Assembly: GCA_009914755.4 (NCBI GenBank)
Contig: CP068257.2
Coordinates: 34,240,001-34,304,000, forward strand
Direction: 5' to 3'
Length of the DNA stretch: 64,000 bases
Source: the human T2T-CHM13v2.0 reference genome, Homo sapiens
Shown here: positions 29,937 through 40,752 of the stretch, piece after piece
Layout: every line of letters begins with the position of its first letter
Numbering within the stretch: the first letter of the stretch is position 1
Notes under the pieces: generated by a model
Databases searched by the model: none
What the model was told of the DNA's origin: nothing
The model's input: only the letters and a program-made list of their open reading frames with translations
Made by a program: the position numbers and the translations under genes

Positions 29937-31440
29937 TTCGGCGTCGGCGTCGCTCCGCGCGGGGGCTCCAGGCCGAAGTCTCGCCGCGGGCTGCGAGTCA
30001 AATGCCGGTGGTTAAGGGCGCTCGATAGGCCTCTACCCGTTTGGCGTTGGCTCTGGCGTCTGGGTCGTTGTGTCCTGACAACCGCTCAGGTAACCGTTTC
30101 CTAGACAGCGGGTGCGGCTACTTTAGCCCTGAGCGTGCTCTGCGGCTGCCTGCGGGTCTCAGCTAGTGTCCGACCCTTCTCTTCGCGGACTCCACGCCGA
30201 GCAGCCACCCTGAGCCAAGAGCCGGAAGTCCCGGCATTGGCGGCCTGGACAGCCTCGCACCGGCCAATCAAGGAGAACCTCAAGAACAACTTCCTCTATG
30301 ACTTCCTCTACGGCGGTGTCGGCCTAACAGCTCCACGGGAGTGTGGACGAGGAGCTGAGCAAAAAAATTCCAGAAGTGAGATGAAATGAACATCCTGGCG
30401 ACATATCATCCAGCAGACAAAGACTATGGTTTATGAAAATAGATGAACCAAGCACTTCTTCCCATCGTATTATAGGTGATGATGAAGATGTATGTAGTGA
30501 TACAGAGACCACTGAAACCATGGAACGAGATATCTTAGCTAAGAAATTCGCTGCTGCTTGAAGGCTCGGAGCCAAAGTATAGGGTTCAGGAATAAGATAG
30601 CAGCAGAGAGGAGGATAGTGACCTCTCACCTGAAGAACAAGAAAAAAAGCGACAATTTGAAATGAAAAGGAAGTTTCACTACAATGAAGGACTCAATATC
30701 ATCAAACTAGCTAGACAATTTCAAAAGACCTAAATGATGACGAAGATGAAGAAATGTTAGAGACTGTAGATGGAGAAAGCATGAATACGGAAAAATCAAA
30801 TCAAGGATCTACTGCAAGTGACCAACAGCAAAAGAAATCACGAAGTTCATAGAAGAGATTTGTTCAACGCTGCAATTGTTAGATATAAACCCTGTTACTA
30901 TAATGCATTGCTTCTTGTTCTCCACAATTCATGACTGAAGTACCAAAATGCATACCAGTTATTATATATTGCCAAGAATTAAATGATAACCTTATAGAGA
31001 CTGATAATGCCTAAAATATATTCTTGTGCATAGTACTTTACCACAAATACAGTGTAATATCATCAGTCCAAAACTGCATTACTTTTGTAAAAAACACTGG
31101 TTAATTTGTATAAGATATCATATAACTTTTTATGCTTTAGAGGTTAAACAATGTCTTTGGGGGGGAACATTTATTGTCATCACTCTAAATGTGGTGGTAG
31201 CTCTTATAAAGTTTGTTGTTGTTTTAATCAAAAGCCAACTGAACAGCATATAAAGACTGATAAATATTCAGGCTGAGTAGTATTTTAACGCTTGTCTTCA
31301 ACTTGATTTGTCTGTTTAATTGAAAAGGGTTGTAAGAGTTACCGTTGCATTTTCTGGCCTACTACCTTTAAAATTCCTGTTGTGTTTCTTTGTATTTACA
31401 AGGAAAGGTCTGAACTTTTTCTTGTCAAAACTAGCTTTTT
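29937..31440 (+). pseudogene. Processed (retrotransposed) pseudogene of PPP1R2 (protein phosphatase 1 regulatory inhibitor subunit 2): CpG-rich 5' UTR, disabled CDS (30236-30851), proximal 3' UTR. The 3' boundary is uncertain because it abuts the NUMT.
   Basis: Intronless. Translation of 30236-30851 gives ...TASHRPIK.. / ..[18 protein letters not shown].. / ..EGSEPKYRVQE.. / ..[36 protein letters not shown].. / ..MLETVDGESMNTEKSNQGSTASDQQQK..RSS, matching human I-2 (MAASTASHRPIKGILKN...[33 protein letters not shown]...[54 protein letters not shown]...MLETADGESMNTEESNQGSTPSDQQQNKLRSS). Disablements: ATG replaced by ATTG, at least three frameshifts and several in-frame stops. The A-rich target site aaataagaataaatgt precedes the GC-rich 5' end. 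Confidence 0.9.
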
Positions 31441-31449
31441 TCCGACAAA

Positions 31450-32135
31450 TAAATTATCAGGTTAAACTTGCACTAATGTCTCCTCTGTTTTTTGTTTTGG
31501 TTTTTTCTATTTTATGTTTTTGGTACACTGGGCAGACTTCAGAGCAGCTTTTTTTCAATAAATATTCTAATGTAGCTATCTCAGCATTCCCTTTAAATAC
31601 CTGTCTTAACCTCCTGCTTTTATTTCTTACCCCTTTCCTCACATAGGCACACAATCCTTTACCTTTTAAAGGATCATTAAGATTGTCACAACGTTAGGAA
31701 CTCTTTCTCTCACTCTTCTGTCATTTGCTGCAATATTGAAATTCTTATTTTGACCATCAATGCCTATGAATTCTTCTAATACACGAAGCAAATAGATTAA
31801 GTAGCAGCAGTACTATAGGCAGGAAATACAGTTTAACTGCTGAATTTCTATACCTCTCTCATTTACAGCTTGCTAATTAAATTGTTATTATCAGTTTTTT
31901 TGGCTTAATTAGACTTAAGAAAACAATTAACTGAGGGTTTTTTTGTTTTTTGGGTTTTTTTTTTTTTTTGCATGAGGAGAGAATTGTGTGTAACCAGTGA
32001 TATGATTATTACTGAAAGTACAGACAAAAGTAAGCCTGGACATTGTTTAATTTAAATACTTTAAATAGTCCCTGCTTTAAGGGAATACGATAATATATAC
32101 TATGACAAATGTACTTTATTCTTCTAACACAGTAA
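31450..32135 (-). pseudogene. MT-CO2: MT-CO2-derived fragment within the NUMT (probable)
   Basis: ORF 31457..31654(-) contains ...KKSCSEVC..., matching the conserved COX2 motif YGQCSEICG (nt gctgctctgaagtctg vs mt aatgctctgaaatctg). The upstream stretch gacaggtatttaaaggg resembles ggacgtctaaaccaaacc (IPGRLNQ). The position is exactly as predicted from the COX1 offset. The sequence is heavily decayed. Confidence 0.5.
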
Positions 32136-32139
32136 GAAT

Positions 32140-32285
32140 TACTTGGAATTTTTTCCTGAAATGAAGTGCAGGAAAGCCCTGTGCATCTTGGGTTAGTGAT
32201 GGTTTCATTTCTAGCCAATTATTTGTATCTTAAGTTTTTGTTAGTACCAAAATAATCTGTTATATGAACAGACTTTTAAAATAAT
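32140..32285. pseudogene. tRNA-Asp / tRNA-Ser(UCN)-derived remnants within the NUMT (weak)
   Basis: gtgatggtttcatttctagcc at 32196-32216 matches the reverse complement of the mt tRNA-Asp 5' end (gaaatggtttttctaatacc), at the expected position between COX2 and COX1. Confidence 0.35.
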
Positions 32286-33826
32286 TTCTGTATATTATAT
32301 ATATAAGAAAGCTTTTATTGAACAGCTTATCTTCCACTTGCAAGTTTATGGAAATATCAGTATGTCAAAATAAATAAAAAGTGGGAGAATTATTTGGTAT
32401 TAGAAGAATGTTTTAATTATTTTGATTTTTTTAATGGGATATAATCAAAGTACTGCTGAACTATAGGTGCAGTATTCTACTAAACATTTCAGCTAGTAAT
32501 ACCACTGATTTAGAAACAAAACTGCTTATCTCTGCCTTCTGAATTTAGAATGTTGAGATTACCTGTTTAAATCTGTTTTGGGGGATGTAGACATTAAGTC
32601 TGTACATACATGTGTACATATATTCATGCACCTTCTGATTTTGGTTTTCTTGTTTTTGAGTTCTTAGAAAGTATTCACATACTCTTTTTTTTGGTAGAAG
32701 TAGCTGTTGTACAATGAAGAAAAGGATAAGACTTTAAACAGTTGATTCTGTTTGTGTTTTCTCCAAATTATTTTTTGAAATTTACCTTACAAGCAAACTC
32801 ATTTTCTGGTTTTCAGAAATAGATGATTATTTCAGAGCAGTAAGACATGACAAACAGCATGCCCAGGAGGATTTTAGGTAGTCAAATTCAGCTGAGAAAA
32901 AGGTGTTTTCAAGTCATAAGTTGCTCATTGATATGGTATGAACTAGTCAAAATATGAACCATTATAATTCAAGTTAGATTTTCTTCTGGAGAGACAGATT
33001 TGAATGTTCAGTTCTAGCCACAGTAGATTTTACTTTCAACTTTTTAATCAATATCACTTTCTGTGCTTAACTCCTTGGTGTTGCCTTGTCCGTTTTCATT
33101 AATCAAATTCTGCAGGGATGACTAAAATTTGACATAATGGTATAAATGGATTGTTAAGAATAACTTTAAGTTGAAGATTAAAGCAAGATGCCATTTTCCC
33201 CATGACTTCGATTTTGTTTACATTTTTTCCTTTAAGTTAGTATACACTACACATACATAAAATACAATAATATGACAACAAAAGGAATAAATGTTCTTAT
33301 TTTATAGAATAATAAAATGTCTGATATTGGGATATGACTGGTGGTGTTATATTCATAATTGTTGTAATAAAATTAGTAACTCCTAAAATTAATGGAATAC
33401 CTGCGAAGCGTAATGAGAAAATTGTAAGAGGCTCCTGCGTGTGCTAAATTTCCAACTAAAGCTGCTTATCCTGTCCCAGCTCCAGCTTCTACTAGTAAAG
33501 GGGCAAGCAGAAGTCAAAACGATGGTGAAAAAAGTCAGAAGCTTATATTGTTTATAAGAGAATGCTGTATCTCGGCTCAGTCATTTAGGGAGCTAATCAG
33601 TTACCAAGTCCTCTTATTTTAATTGGCATATCCATTAAAAGATTATTACAAATGCATGGGCAGTTATAATGACATAAATTTGATCATTGCCTAATAGGGC
33701 TCCTGGTTGACCCAGTTTGGCTCATATTAAGAGATTTATGTCAGTTCCTACTACTCTGGCTCAAGCACCGAATACTATAATGTGCCAATATCTTTGTGTT
33801 TGTTGAAAATAATCAATGATTAATCA
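32285..33826 (-). pseudogene. MT-CO1: MT-CO1-derived pseudogene within the NUMT. Unambiguous for 33316-33826; weaker further left.
   Basis: Reverse complement of 33790-33826 is atattgattaatcattgattattttcaacaaacacaaagatattgg, i.e. M(F/L)INH.LFSTN.KDIG, the COX1 start MFADRWLFSTNHKDIG. It continues ...FGAWA.V.GT...LL....LGQPG.LLGNDQIY.VI.TAHAFVMIF... / ...MNNMSFWL..PS..LLLA....EAGAGTG... / ..GNLAHAGAS... with a 9-bp deletion and frameshifts. Confidence 0.85.
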
Positions 33827-33838
33827 ATATAGGTAGAA

Positions 33839-34217
33839 GAGTGAAATGGCTGAGGAAGCCTTAATCCGTAATCTAAAGACAGAGGTTGAACCCTCTTTTT
33901 ACTGTGCCTCAAGGTGAATAGTCACATCAAATTGCAAACTCAAAGATGCAGCTTCAATTCTGCCAGGGCTTCCCCTGCCCTTTTCTCTCAACAGCAGAAG
34001 TAGACTGAAGACAGGTGATTAGGGTATTTCACTGTTAATGAAATTTTCTTGAGGTTGGATACTACCAATCTAATGAGGATTTAGTTTAATTAAAATGTTT
34101 GATTTGCATTCAATTGATGTAAGATAGAGAGTGTTGCAGTCCTTAATTTTTCAGGAATAAAATATAAAATATTGCTTAGGGCTTTGAAGGCTTTTGGTCT
34201 GCCTAACCTAAATTCCT
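33839..34217. pseudogene. mt tRNA cluster within the NUMT: tRNA-Tyr, tRNA-Cys, OriL-like hairpin, tRNA-Asn, tRNA-Ala (all sense on the window + strand) and tRNA-Trp (antisense)
   Basis: ggtagaagagtgaaatggctgaggaagccttaatccgtaatctaaagacagaggttgaaccctcttttta matches mt tRNA-Tyr. caaattgcaaactcaaagatgcagcttcaattctgcc matches tRNA-Cys. agggcttcccctgcccttttctc is OriL-like. aagtagactgaagacaggtgattagggtatttcactgttaa matches tRNA-Asn. aggatttagtttaattaaaatgtttgatttgcattcaattgatgtaagatagagagtgttgcagtccttaa matches tRNA-Ala. ttagggctttgaaggcttttggtctgcctaacctaaattcct is the reverse complement of tRNA-Trp. Confidence 0.85.
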
Positions 34218-35260
34218 AATCCAATGTTGAGAATACTGGTTTAAGTGGGAAGAAAAAGGCTGATAACAAAATAAGCGAGGGAAGGAAGAATGTTTATTTT
34301 ATATTTTCAAATTGTCATTTTGTTTTTATGTTATTGGTTTTGGGGAACGTCTTTAATGATGTAGAATAGATTAATCCCATACAAAAACATAAGTTGAGTA
34401 GGGCTTTGATGGTGATAAATGTTAGTATAATAACGCTGTTATTTTTTGTTAATTCTTGGCTAATAAGTCATTTGGTAAAAATCGTGTAAGAGGAGGTAGG
34501 TCTTTTGGAGATAATAGAAATATAAAGATATGGGAGTTATTAGTGATAACTTACCCCATGTATGTAATAATGATAATGTATGGGAGTTATATTTAAATTG
34601 AATAAATATGAATACAGTGATTATTAATATTTTGTAATTAGTAGATGTAACATTATTGTAGAAAGGTTGTAGGTTAGAGTGGACATTATTTAGTCTATAT
34701 GTGCAATTAATAGGCCAGAATTTTGTATAGTTATGCCTGATTTAGTCTTCCTCATTCTCCTATCAGAATTGATAATATAGCAGTAATTAATATTACATTT
34801 GGGTTAATTGATGATACTTGGAATTGAGATTAGTGCCAGTTTTTGTCATATTAATAAGATTATGCCTGATGTTATTGGAATTCCTTGTCTTACTTCTGGG
34901 ACTCAGAAATGGAATGGAGAAAGCCCACTTTTTATAATTACTGTTATAGTGATTATTACAGATGCTATTGGGTTGGGAATTTTTATGATTGTTCACTACC
35001 CAGAATATGATATATCAAGACACCTACTATTAGGACTGTAGATGCAGTTGTGTTAAGAAATATTTAGTAGCTGCTTCTTTGGATCATGAATTTAATTTTT
35101 TATTAAAATGAGAATAATGGCTAGTACATTTATTTCTAGTCCTATTCAGATTATTAATCAGTGCAAGCTAAATATTGTAAGTATAGTTCCTGTAAATTTC
35201 TGGCTCACGGTTCACATCACTCTCTGTTATATAGTATACAGAGACATACGTATTATATAT
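34218..35260 (-). pseudogene. MT-ND2: MT-ND2-derived pseudogene within the NUMT
   Basis: gattagtgccagtttttgtcatattaataag...ccttgtcttacttctgggactcagaaatggaatggagaaagccc is the reverse complement of ND2 (...gggggctagtttttgtcatgtgagaag...aacctctgggactcagaagtgaaagggggc). The 5' end gcaagctaaatattgtaagtatagttcctgtaaatttctggctcacgg is the reverse complement of the ND2 start region (...atctttgcaggcacactcatcacagcgctaagctcgcactg). Confidence 0.8.
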
Positions 35261-37066
35261 ATATGATATCTTTCTAAAAATAACCAATGAAATTGCTTTA
35301 GTAAGCATTGCCATGTCATTTTTGGAGGGAGAAAGATAGGGAGCAAAGAAGGAAATGGGTAAGATGGGCCCCAATCTAAACCTCAGGTGTGCTTCCCACA
35401 AAAGGTTCCAGAGAGTCTCTGGATTCCCCACAACCAGAGAGCAACAGCAGGTGGAGTTAGATTGGAGATGAAAGCATTTCAGATAAATGTTTGTTGACTC
35501 ACATGTAAGGAGAAAATTTACCAGGCTGCCTAAGAGGAAAAGATCTTGGCCCAAACCTTTTCCTTAATCAATGGAAGAATCCCCATTTTCCCCCACTACA
35601 AAGAAAGGAGCAAAGAGCCAGCCACGAGGTGGTCAATCTGCACCAGCTCAGACATGAGTGCAAGGACATTCTATGGCCTGGAATCTTCAACGCACATGAA
35701 AAGGGCTTTTTCTATCCATAAATGGTAATGATCTACAACAATAGGGCTGTGACACTGGAAGATACCAATTCCTACATCTTGCTTTGCTGAGGACACTCAC
35801 GGTTTTAGCCTCAGACCTTCCTAGATTACATTTTAGCTTTAGTTCATATTCTCATATTTGTCCTAAATGTCAGCCTCTGATCAAGCTCATTAAACAGAGG
35901 CTGGCCCTTCCCACAGGGGGCTTATTATCTCAGCCAGACAATTCTTGCCAGTAGGCAAGAGGAAGAAGACAAGCAAACTTATAAGAGTTGTAAAGAATGG
36001 AACTGGGACCCAAATTATGAGCTAAGGCCTTGAGTAAACATATACAGAGGTTCCAGGTAAATGGTGATTCTGTTTACAGTGGAACAGGGCCTTCTTATCC
36101 AGGATTTCTCCTCCTAGCTGATCTGATTAGCAGCTCCTTATTCATATCTCCTGCTCCAAAGTTTTCCATTGCCACATATACAGGTAATGGTATTTTGCAC
36201 AAGAAGATAAGCATGATTCAATAGAGGTAGGAGGGTCTGGTAATCAGCTACAACATCAATTGCAATATATGATCACTAGTAACATTCCCAACAGGTGTGG
36301 CCCCACCTCTTCCTCTGCATGGAAAACAATTAATGGTATCTTTTTTGCTATCCTTGGATTGTGACTAAAGTATGAGGTGCTTTCATCATAATTAGAGGTG
36401 CTGTGTCACCAGGATCTATGTTAATGAGCAACCAGAACTTCCTGGAAGATAATAGCCCAAGAAGCAACCCACTGTCATCAGTGAAGAAGTGACTCTGGGA
36501 AGACGTTGGTGCTTGGTTGGTTTCCTGAGCCCGGCCCAGCCCAATCTGCAATATGTAGAGACCGCAACTGAAAAGGGAGGTTGTTTTCACTAACAATATC
36601 CAAGGCACTGAGGAAGGGGTGGCTCTGCTTCAGTGACCTTTCATGAAGTACACACCAGGTGAAAAGAGGAATTTGCTCCACAAAAAACTACACAGCTGTG
36701 GCTCCTAAGGGCTCCAAGTATCATCAGCACAAGCAGAGGAGATGGCGCCCAGGGCAGCAGCAGAGTGGCCTGGAGGGCAGGTGTCGCTCACCCCAGGGGT
36801 GGCAGATGGTCTCAGGTAGACCTGGATGACAACGGAGGAGTCTCTGCTGGCACCTTCCCAGGCATCAAGGAAATAAAATGGCAGCTGCCACACGGTAACT
36901 AAGCCCTGGAACCATTTAGGAGAAAGGTTTCTGAGGGCCAATGTCCCAAAGCAGCTAGAAAAATAAGGTCATCAATACTAGTGTGAACCTCTTTTAAGCC
37001 CCATGAGTTGTAAGATCTTAACCACAGTCTACAACTTCAAACTTTTTCTAGGATGTAAAAATTGTG

Positions 37067-37406
<340 letters not shown>

Positions 37407-37734
37407 TCAGAGATTCCTTCTTCTCTGATCTCTCTTCAGAATCAGGTTTCACCAGCTTAACCTGAGACTTAAAGGTGCTGAAAAATGAAGGTTTCAGGTG
37501 AATAAATGGGACTGCAGAACAGAGATTGGCAGCTATCATTATAACCTAGTGCCAAAGGGGTTAGACCCATGGGTTCCACCTGTCTGGTGAATAATCACCT
37601 TCACTAAGAAGATGGTCATCTACCAGTTATGACCTGACATCCTACTCAATGCCTTCGAGTAGGAGAGTATAAAGAGTATAAAGAGGACTAGCTATCACTT
37701 CTCAGCTTTTGGCTAAGAACAAGTGAAGGGCACC

Positions 37735-37945
37735 GGCTTTGGAATTGTAAAGATATGAATTCAAATCCCAGTTCTTCTATTTGCTCATAGTATGAATTTT
37801 AACAAATTAGGTGACCTCTCTGCTTCTTGGATGCCTCAGCTATCACACAGAATATATCTAATGGGATATTTTGCAGGACTATTTTTCAGCGTTAAATTAA
37901 ACATGTCAAGCTTCTAACAGAATGCCTGACATATAGTAGTTGCCT
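37735..37945 (+). mobile_element. MIR SINE
   Basis: ggctttggaattgtaaagatatgaattcaaatcccagttcttctatttgctcatagtatgaatt...ggtgacctctctgcttcttggatgcctcagctatcacacag...aacagaatgcctgacatatagtagttgcc. Confidence 0.7.
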
Positions 37946-38236
37946 TAAAAAAAAAAAAAAAAAAGTAGCTACTGCTATTAACTAGCCAACTTTCAACAGC
38001 TCCCCTTATACATAAAGTGGGCATGAAAGCAAATTAGAGCTGGATCCTACTAATGGGGGGCCAGGAACAGTAAATGTGTTTGGAAAGCCATAGGATTTGA
38101 GAGAGAAAATCTCACAGATGGCATGATCCAATTCTATCATTTTTTAGTTATAGAACAGAAGCTAAGTGTCAAAATTAGGCCATGCGGTCAATGAGAGACA
38201 GAACAGAACACAAATCCATGCTTGGCTATGGTTATG

Positions 38237-38940
38237 GGTTGAATTGTATGTTCCAGAATAAGATATGTTGGAGTCCTACCCCCAGAAGCTCCAAATGGCC
38301 TTACTTAGTAGGATCTTTACAGAGGTCATCAAGTGAAAAGGAGGTCCTTCGTATCATTCTCATGCCTTTGCATTCTCATAGCTTAGTTCCCACTTATGAA
38401 TGAGAACATGCGATGTTTGGTTTTCCATTCCCCTGGGGGAAAGGGTGGGAGGGGGTTGAGGGATAAAGGACTACAAATTTAGTTCAGTGTATACTGCTCA
38501 GGTGATGGGCTCACCAAAATCTCACAAGTCACCCCCAAAGAACTTACTCTTGAAACTACATACCACCATTTCCCCAAAAACCTATGGAAATAAAAAAATA
38601 ACAAATAAATAAAAGGAGGTGCTCAGGAAGGGCTCTAATCCAATATGCCTGGTGTCTTTATCAAAAGGGGAAATTTGGACACAGAGACATGCACACAGGG
38701 AGGACACCCTGTGAAGACTGGAGTTACACTGCCACAGTCAAGGAATTCCAGCAGGTAGAAGAGAGGTCTGGAGTGGATCTTCCCCTGGCACCTTCACAGG
38801 GGACCTGGTCCTGCAGACACCTTGATCTCAGACTGCTGGCCTCCAGAAGTCTGAGCTAATACATTTCTGTGGTTTAGCCACTCTGGTTTTGGTATTTTGT
38901 TTAGGCAGCCTTAACAAACTAAAATAACTACTTCCCAGTC
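38237..38940 (+). mobile_element. Fragmented old interspersed repeat (same MaLR/MER-type family as 11.6-12.0 kb), interrupted by a short inverted L1 3' fragment at ~38385-38430
   Basis: gttgaattgtatgttccagaataagatatgttggagtcctacccccagaagctccaaatggccttacttagtaggatctttacagaggtcatcaagtgaaaagg ... gggctctaatccaatatgcctggtgtctttatcaaaaggggaaatttggacacagagac...gacaccttgatctcagactgctggcctccagaagtctgagctaatacatttctgtggtttagccactc. L1 piece: ttagttcccacttatgaatgagaacatgcgatgtttggttttc. Confidence 0.45.
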
Positions 38941-40752
38941 CACTAAGCCACCATACCAGTAGTTTTCCAATTCTGTTCCGTTGGCCCCTAGGGTCCCGGG
39001 TAGATGTTTAATAAGTGGCTCTCAGGAGAGGGTGTGGGAGACCTGATGTGCAGTTGCTGCCAATTTCCATGGTGTAAACACTCCCCCTATGGCCAATTTC
39101 AAGCTCCCAGTGTGTGGTCACTGAATGCAGAGCTGGGAATTGCTGCACACAGTCACTCTCATGACCAGGAGGAGACACCAGGAGGTACCTCAGGGATGGC
39201 ATGGGGTAAGGGGAGGACCAAAGAAGCAGGACGCCAGCATTGCCACCAGCCCAAACTAAGCACTGTATGTATGAGAGCAACACAACTGAAACTGTAAGCT
39301 CCACTGCAGTAGCCCATGACCATCAAAGCAACAAACCCACTTCCTTTTCAACCTGAAGTTTTTTGTATCTGTTACATGCCTAGACCTCTGGAACCCCAGG
39401 CCACTGTCTGTAAAGATCCAGCAGTTTTAGAGGTCACTCAGGGGCGCTTAGTGGAGGTCACCCTTCTCATCCCTGGCCTCTGTTTCTTGCTCATTAAAGA
39501 TCGTGCTGCTTTTCACTCACCTAGAGATGAATTTCAAAAAGAATGTCTTTCTTTCACATTCGGCAGGAGATCAAATTCCCCCTCCTCTCTCAAAAAACAC
39601 TCTTTAGGAAAAGAATTCCAGAAGAATCTACCCACAGATTCTGAGTCCTTAATCTAGCTATCCAGTGTGACACAGAACTCAGACACTGTGAGAAGGTTTT
39701 GCTTTTACTGGGCCTGTTCTCCAGGTCTGTGCTTTCTAATTATAAAGTTGATGTCTCAGTCCTTCTTTGATCAGTTCAACTAAGAGGACTTGGTGTTTAT
39801 GGCAATTGAATTGCTTCTTTGTCACGATGTCAGATTCGTCCCACCGTTCAACTACCTCTAACACACGAATTGTATCAACTAAGCGCATCAAACAGTAATG
39901 GTGAAAGGGAGAGGGACTAGTGCAGTGGCTCTCAACTGGGGGCAGTTTTTCCCCCCAGGAGACGTTTGGTGGTGTTTGGACACATTTTTGATGGTCACAG
40001 CCAGAGAAAGGGATGCTACTGGCATCTGGTACGTAGAGGCCAGGGTTGCTGCTACCTATTGTACAAGGCATAGAGCAGCCCCACAAGATAAAGAATTATC
40101 TAGTCTAACTATCAATAGTGAGAGGTTGAAAAACCCTAAATTCATGAAATGGGGAGCCCAGAACACATTGACTGGGATAGATTTGGTCATTGTCCTATCA
40201 CCGTACTAAGGTGCTGGCCAGTAAGACGGTCTAAAGATAGAGGCATATCTTATACATATGACACACGAAGAAGAACCTCTATACAACTAAATTATTTTCA
40301 ATAATAATTATGTAATAATAAGCAACAACCATTATTTTCTTTAATTTTGCAGCAATTTAAAAAGTTAAAAATACATTTCTATTTTAAAAATTTTATTCAA
40401 ATTCAAGAAAATACTTAATGTATGAACTAAACTTTGCACTTACCAAACAAAAACATTTTACCTTGCAGCTCTCATTGTTTTATTTTAAAATTCATGTTAA
40501 TCAATGGGGAAAAGATTCCCTATTTAATAAATGGTGCTGGGAGAATTGGCTAGCCATATGCAGAAAATTGAAACTGGATCCCTTCCTTACACCTTATACA
40601 CAAGTTAACTCAAGATGGATTAAAGACTTAAATGTAAAACCCAAAACTATAAAAACCCTAGAAGAAAATCTAGGCAATACCATTCAGGACATAGGCATGG
40701 GCAAAGATTTTTATAATGAAATTGCCAAAAGCAATTGCGACAAAAGCCAAAA

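Larger units (their letters stand above)
31450..35260 (-). other. NUMT: ancient nuclear insertion of mitochondrial DNA, ~3.8 kb, colinear with mtDNA from ND2 through COX2 (human mtDNA ~4.47-8.27 kb), inverted relative to the mtDNA reference strand. Left boundary uncertain (31.0-31.45 kb).
   Basis: On the reverse complement the order is MT-ND2, tRNA-Trp, Ala, Asn, OriL, Cys, Tyr, MT-CO1, (Ser/Asp), MT-CO2. Clear nucleotide matches include COX1 ...aacataagcttctgact... (17/17), ND2 ...agtttttgtcat.../...cttctgggactcagaa..., and tRNA-Tyr, tRNA-Asn and tRNA-Ala nearly base-for-base. Identity to modern human mtDNA is about 70-75%, with indels and frameshifts. Ancestral mammalian residues are retained (COX1 GNLAHAGAS rather than the human GNYSHPGAS). 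Confidence 0.85.

Noticed and set aside
31457-31654. 65-aa minus-strand ORF containing CSEVC as a small cysteine-motif peptide
   Set aside because: The motif and its flanks match the C-terminal Cu(A)-site region of mitochondrial COX2 (YGQCSEICG). It is part of the NUMT, not an independent gene.
33270-33320. Tandem AATAAA-like motifs (ggaataaatgttcttattttatagaataataaaatgtc) as the poly(A) signal or 3' end of the PPP1R2 retrocopy, with the NUMT starting right after
   Set aside because: The sequence immediately 5' of these motifs continues to align, weakly but colinearly, to COX1 (LFLLLS and HPEV blocks), and further left to tRNA-Asp and the COX2 CSEIC motif at the expected spacing. The AATAAA strings are most likely chance occurrences in decayed AT-rich mtDNA. 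This is left as an explicit uncertainty rather than a feature.
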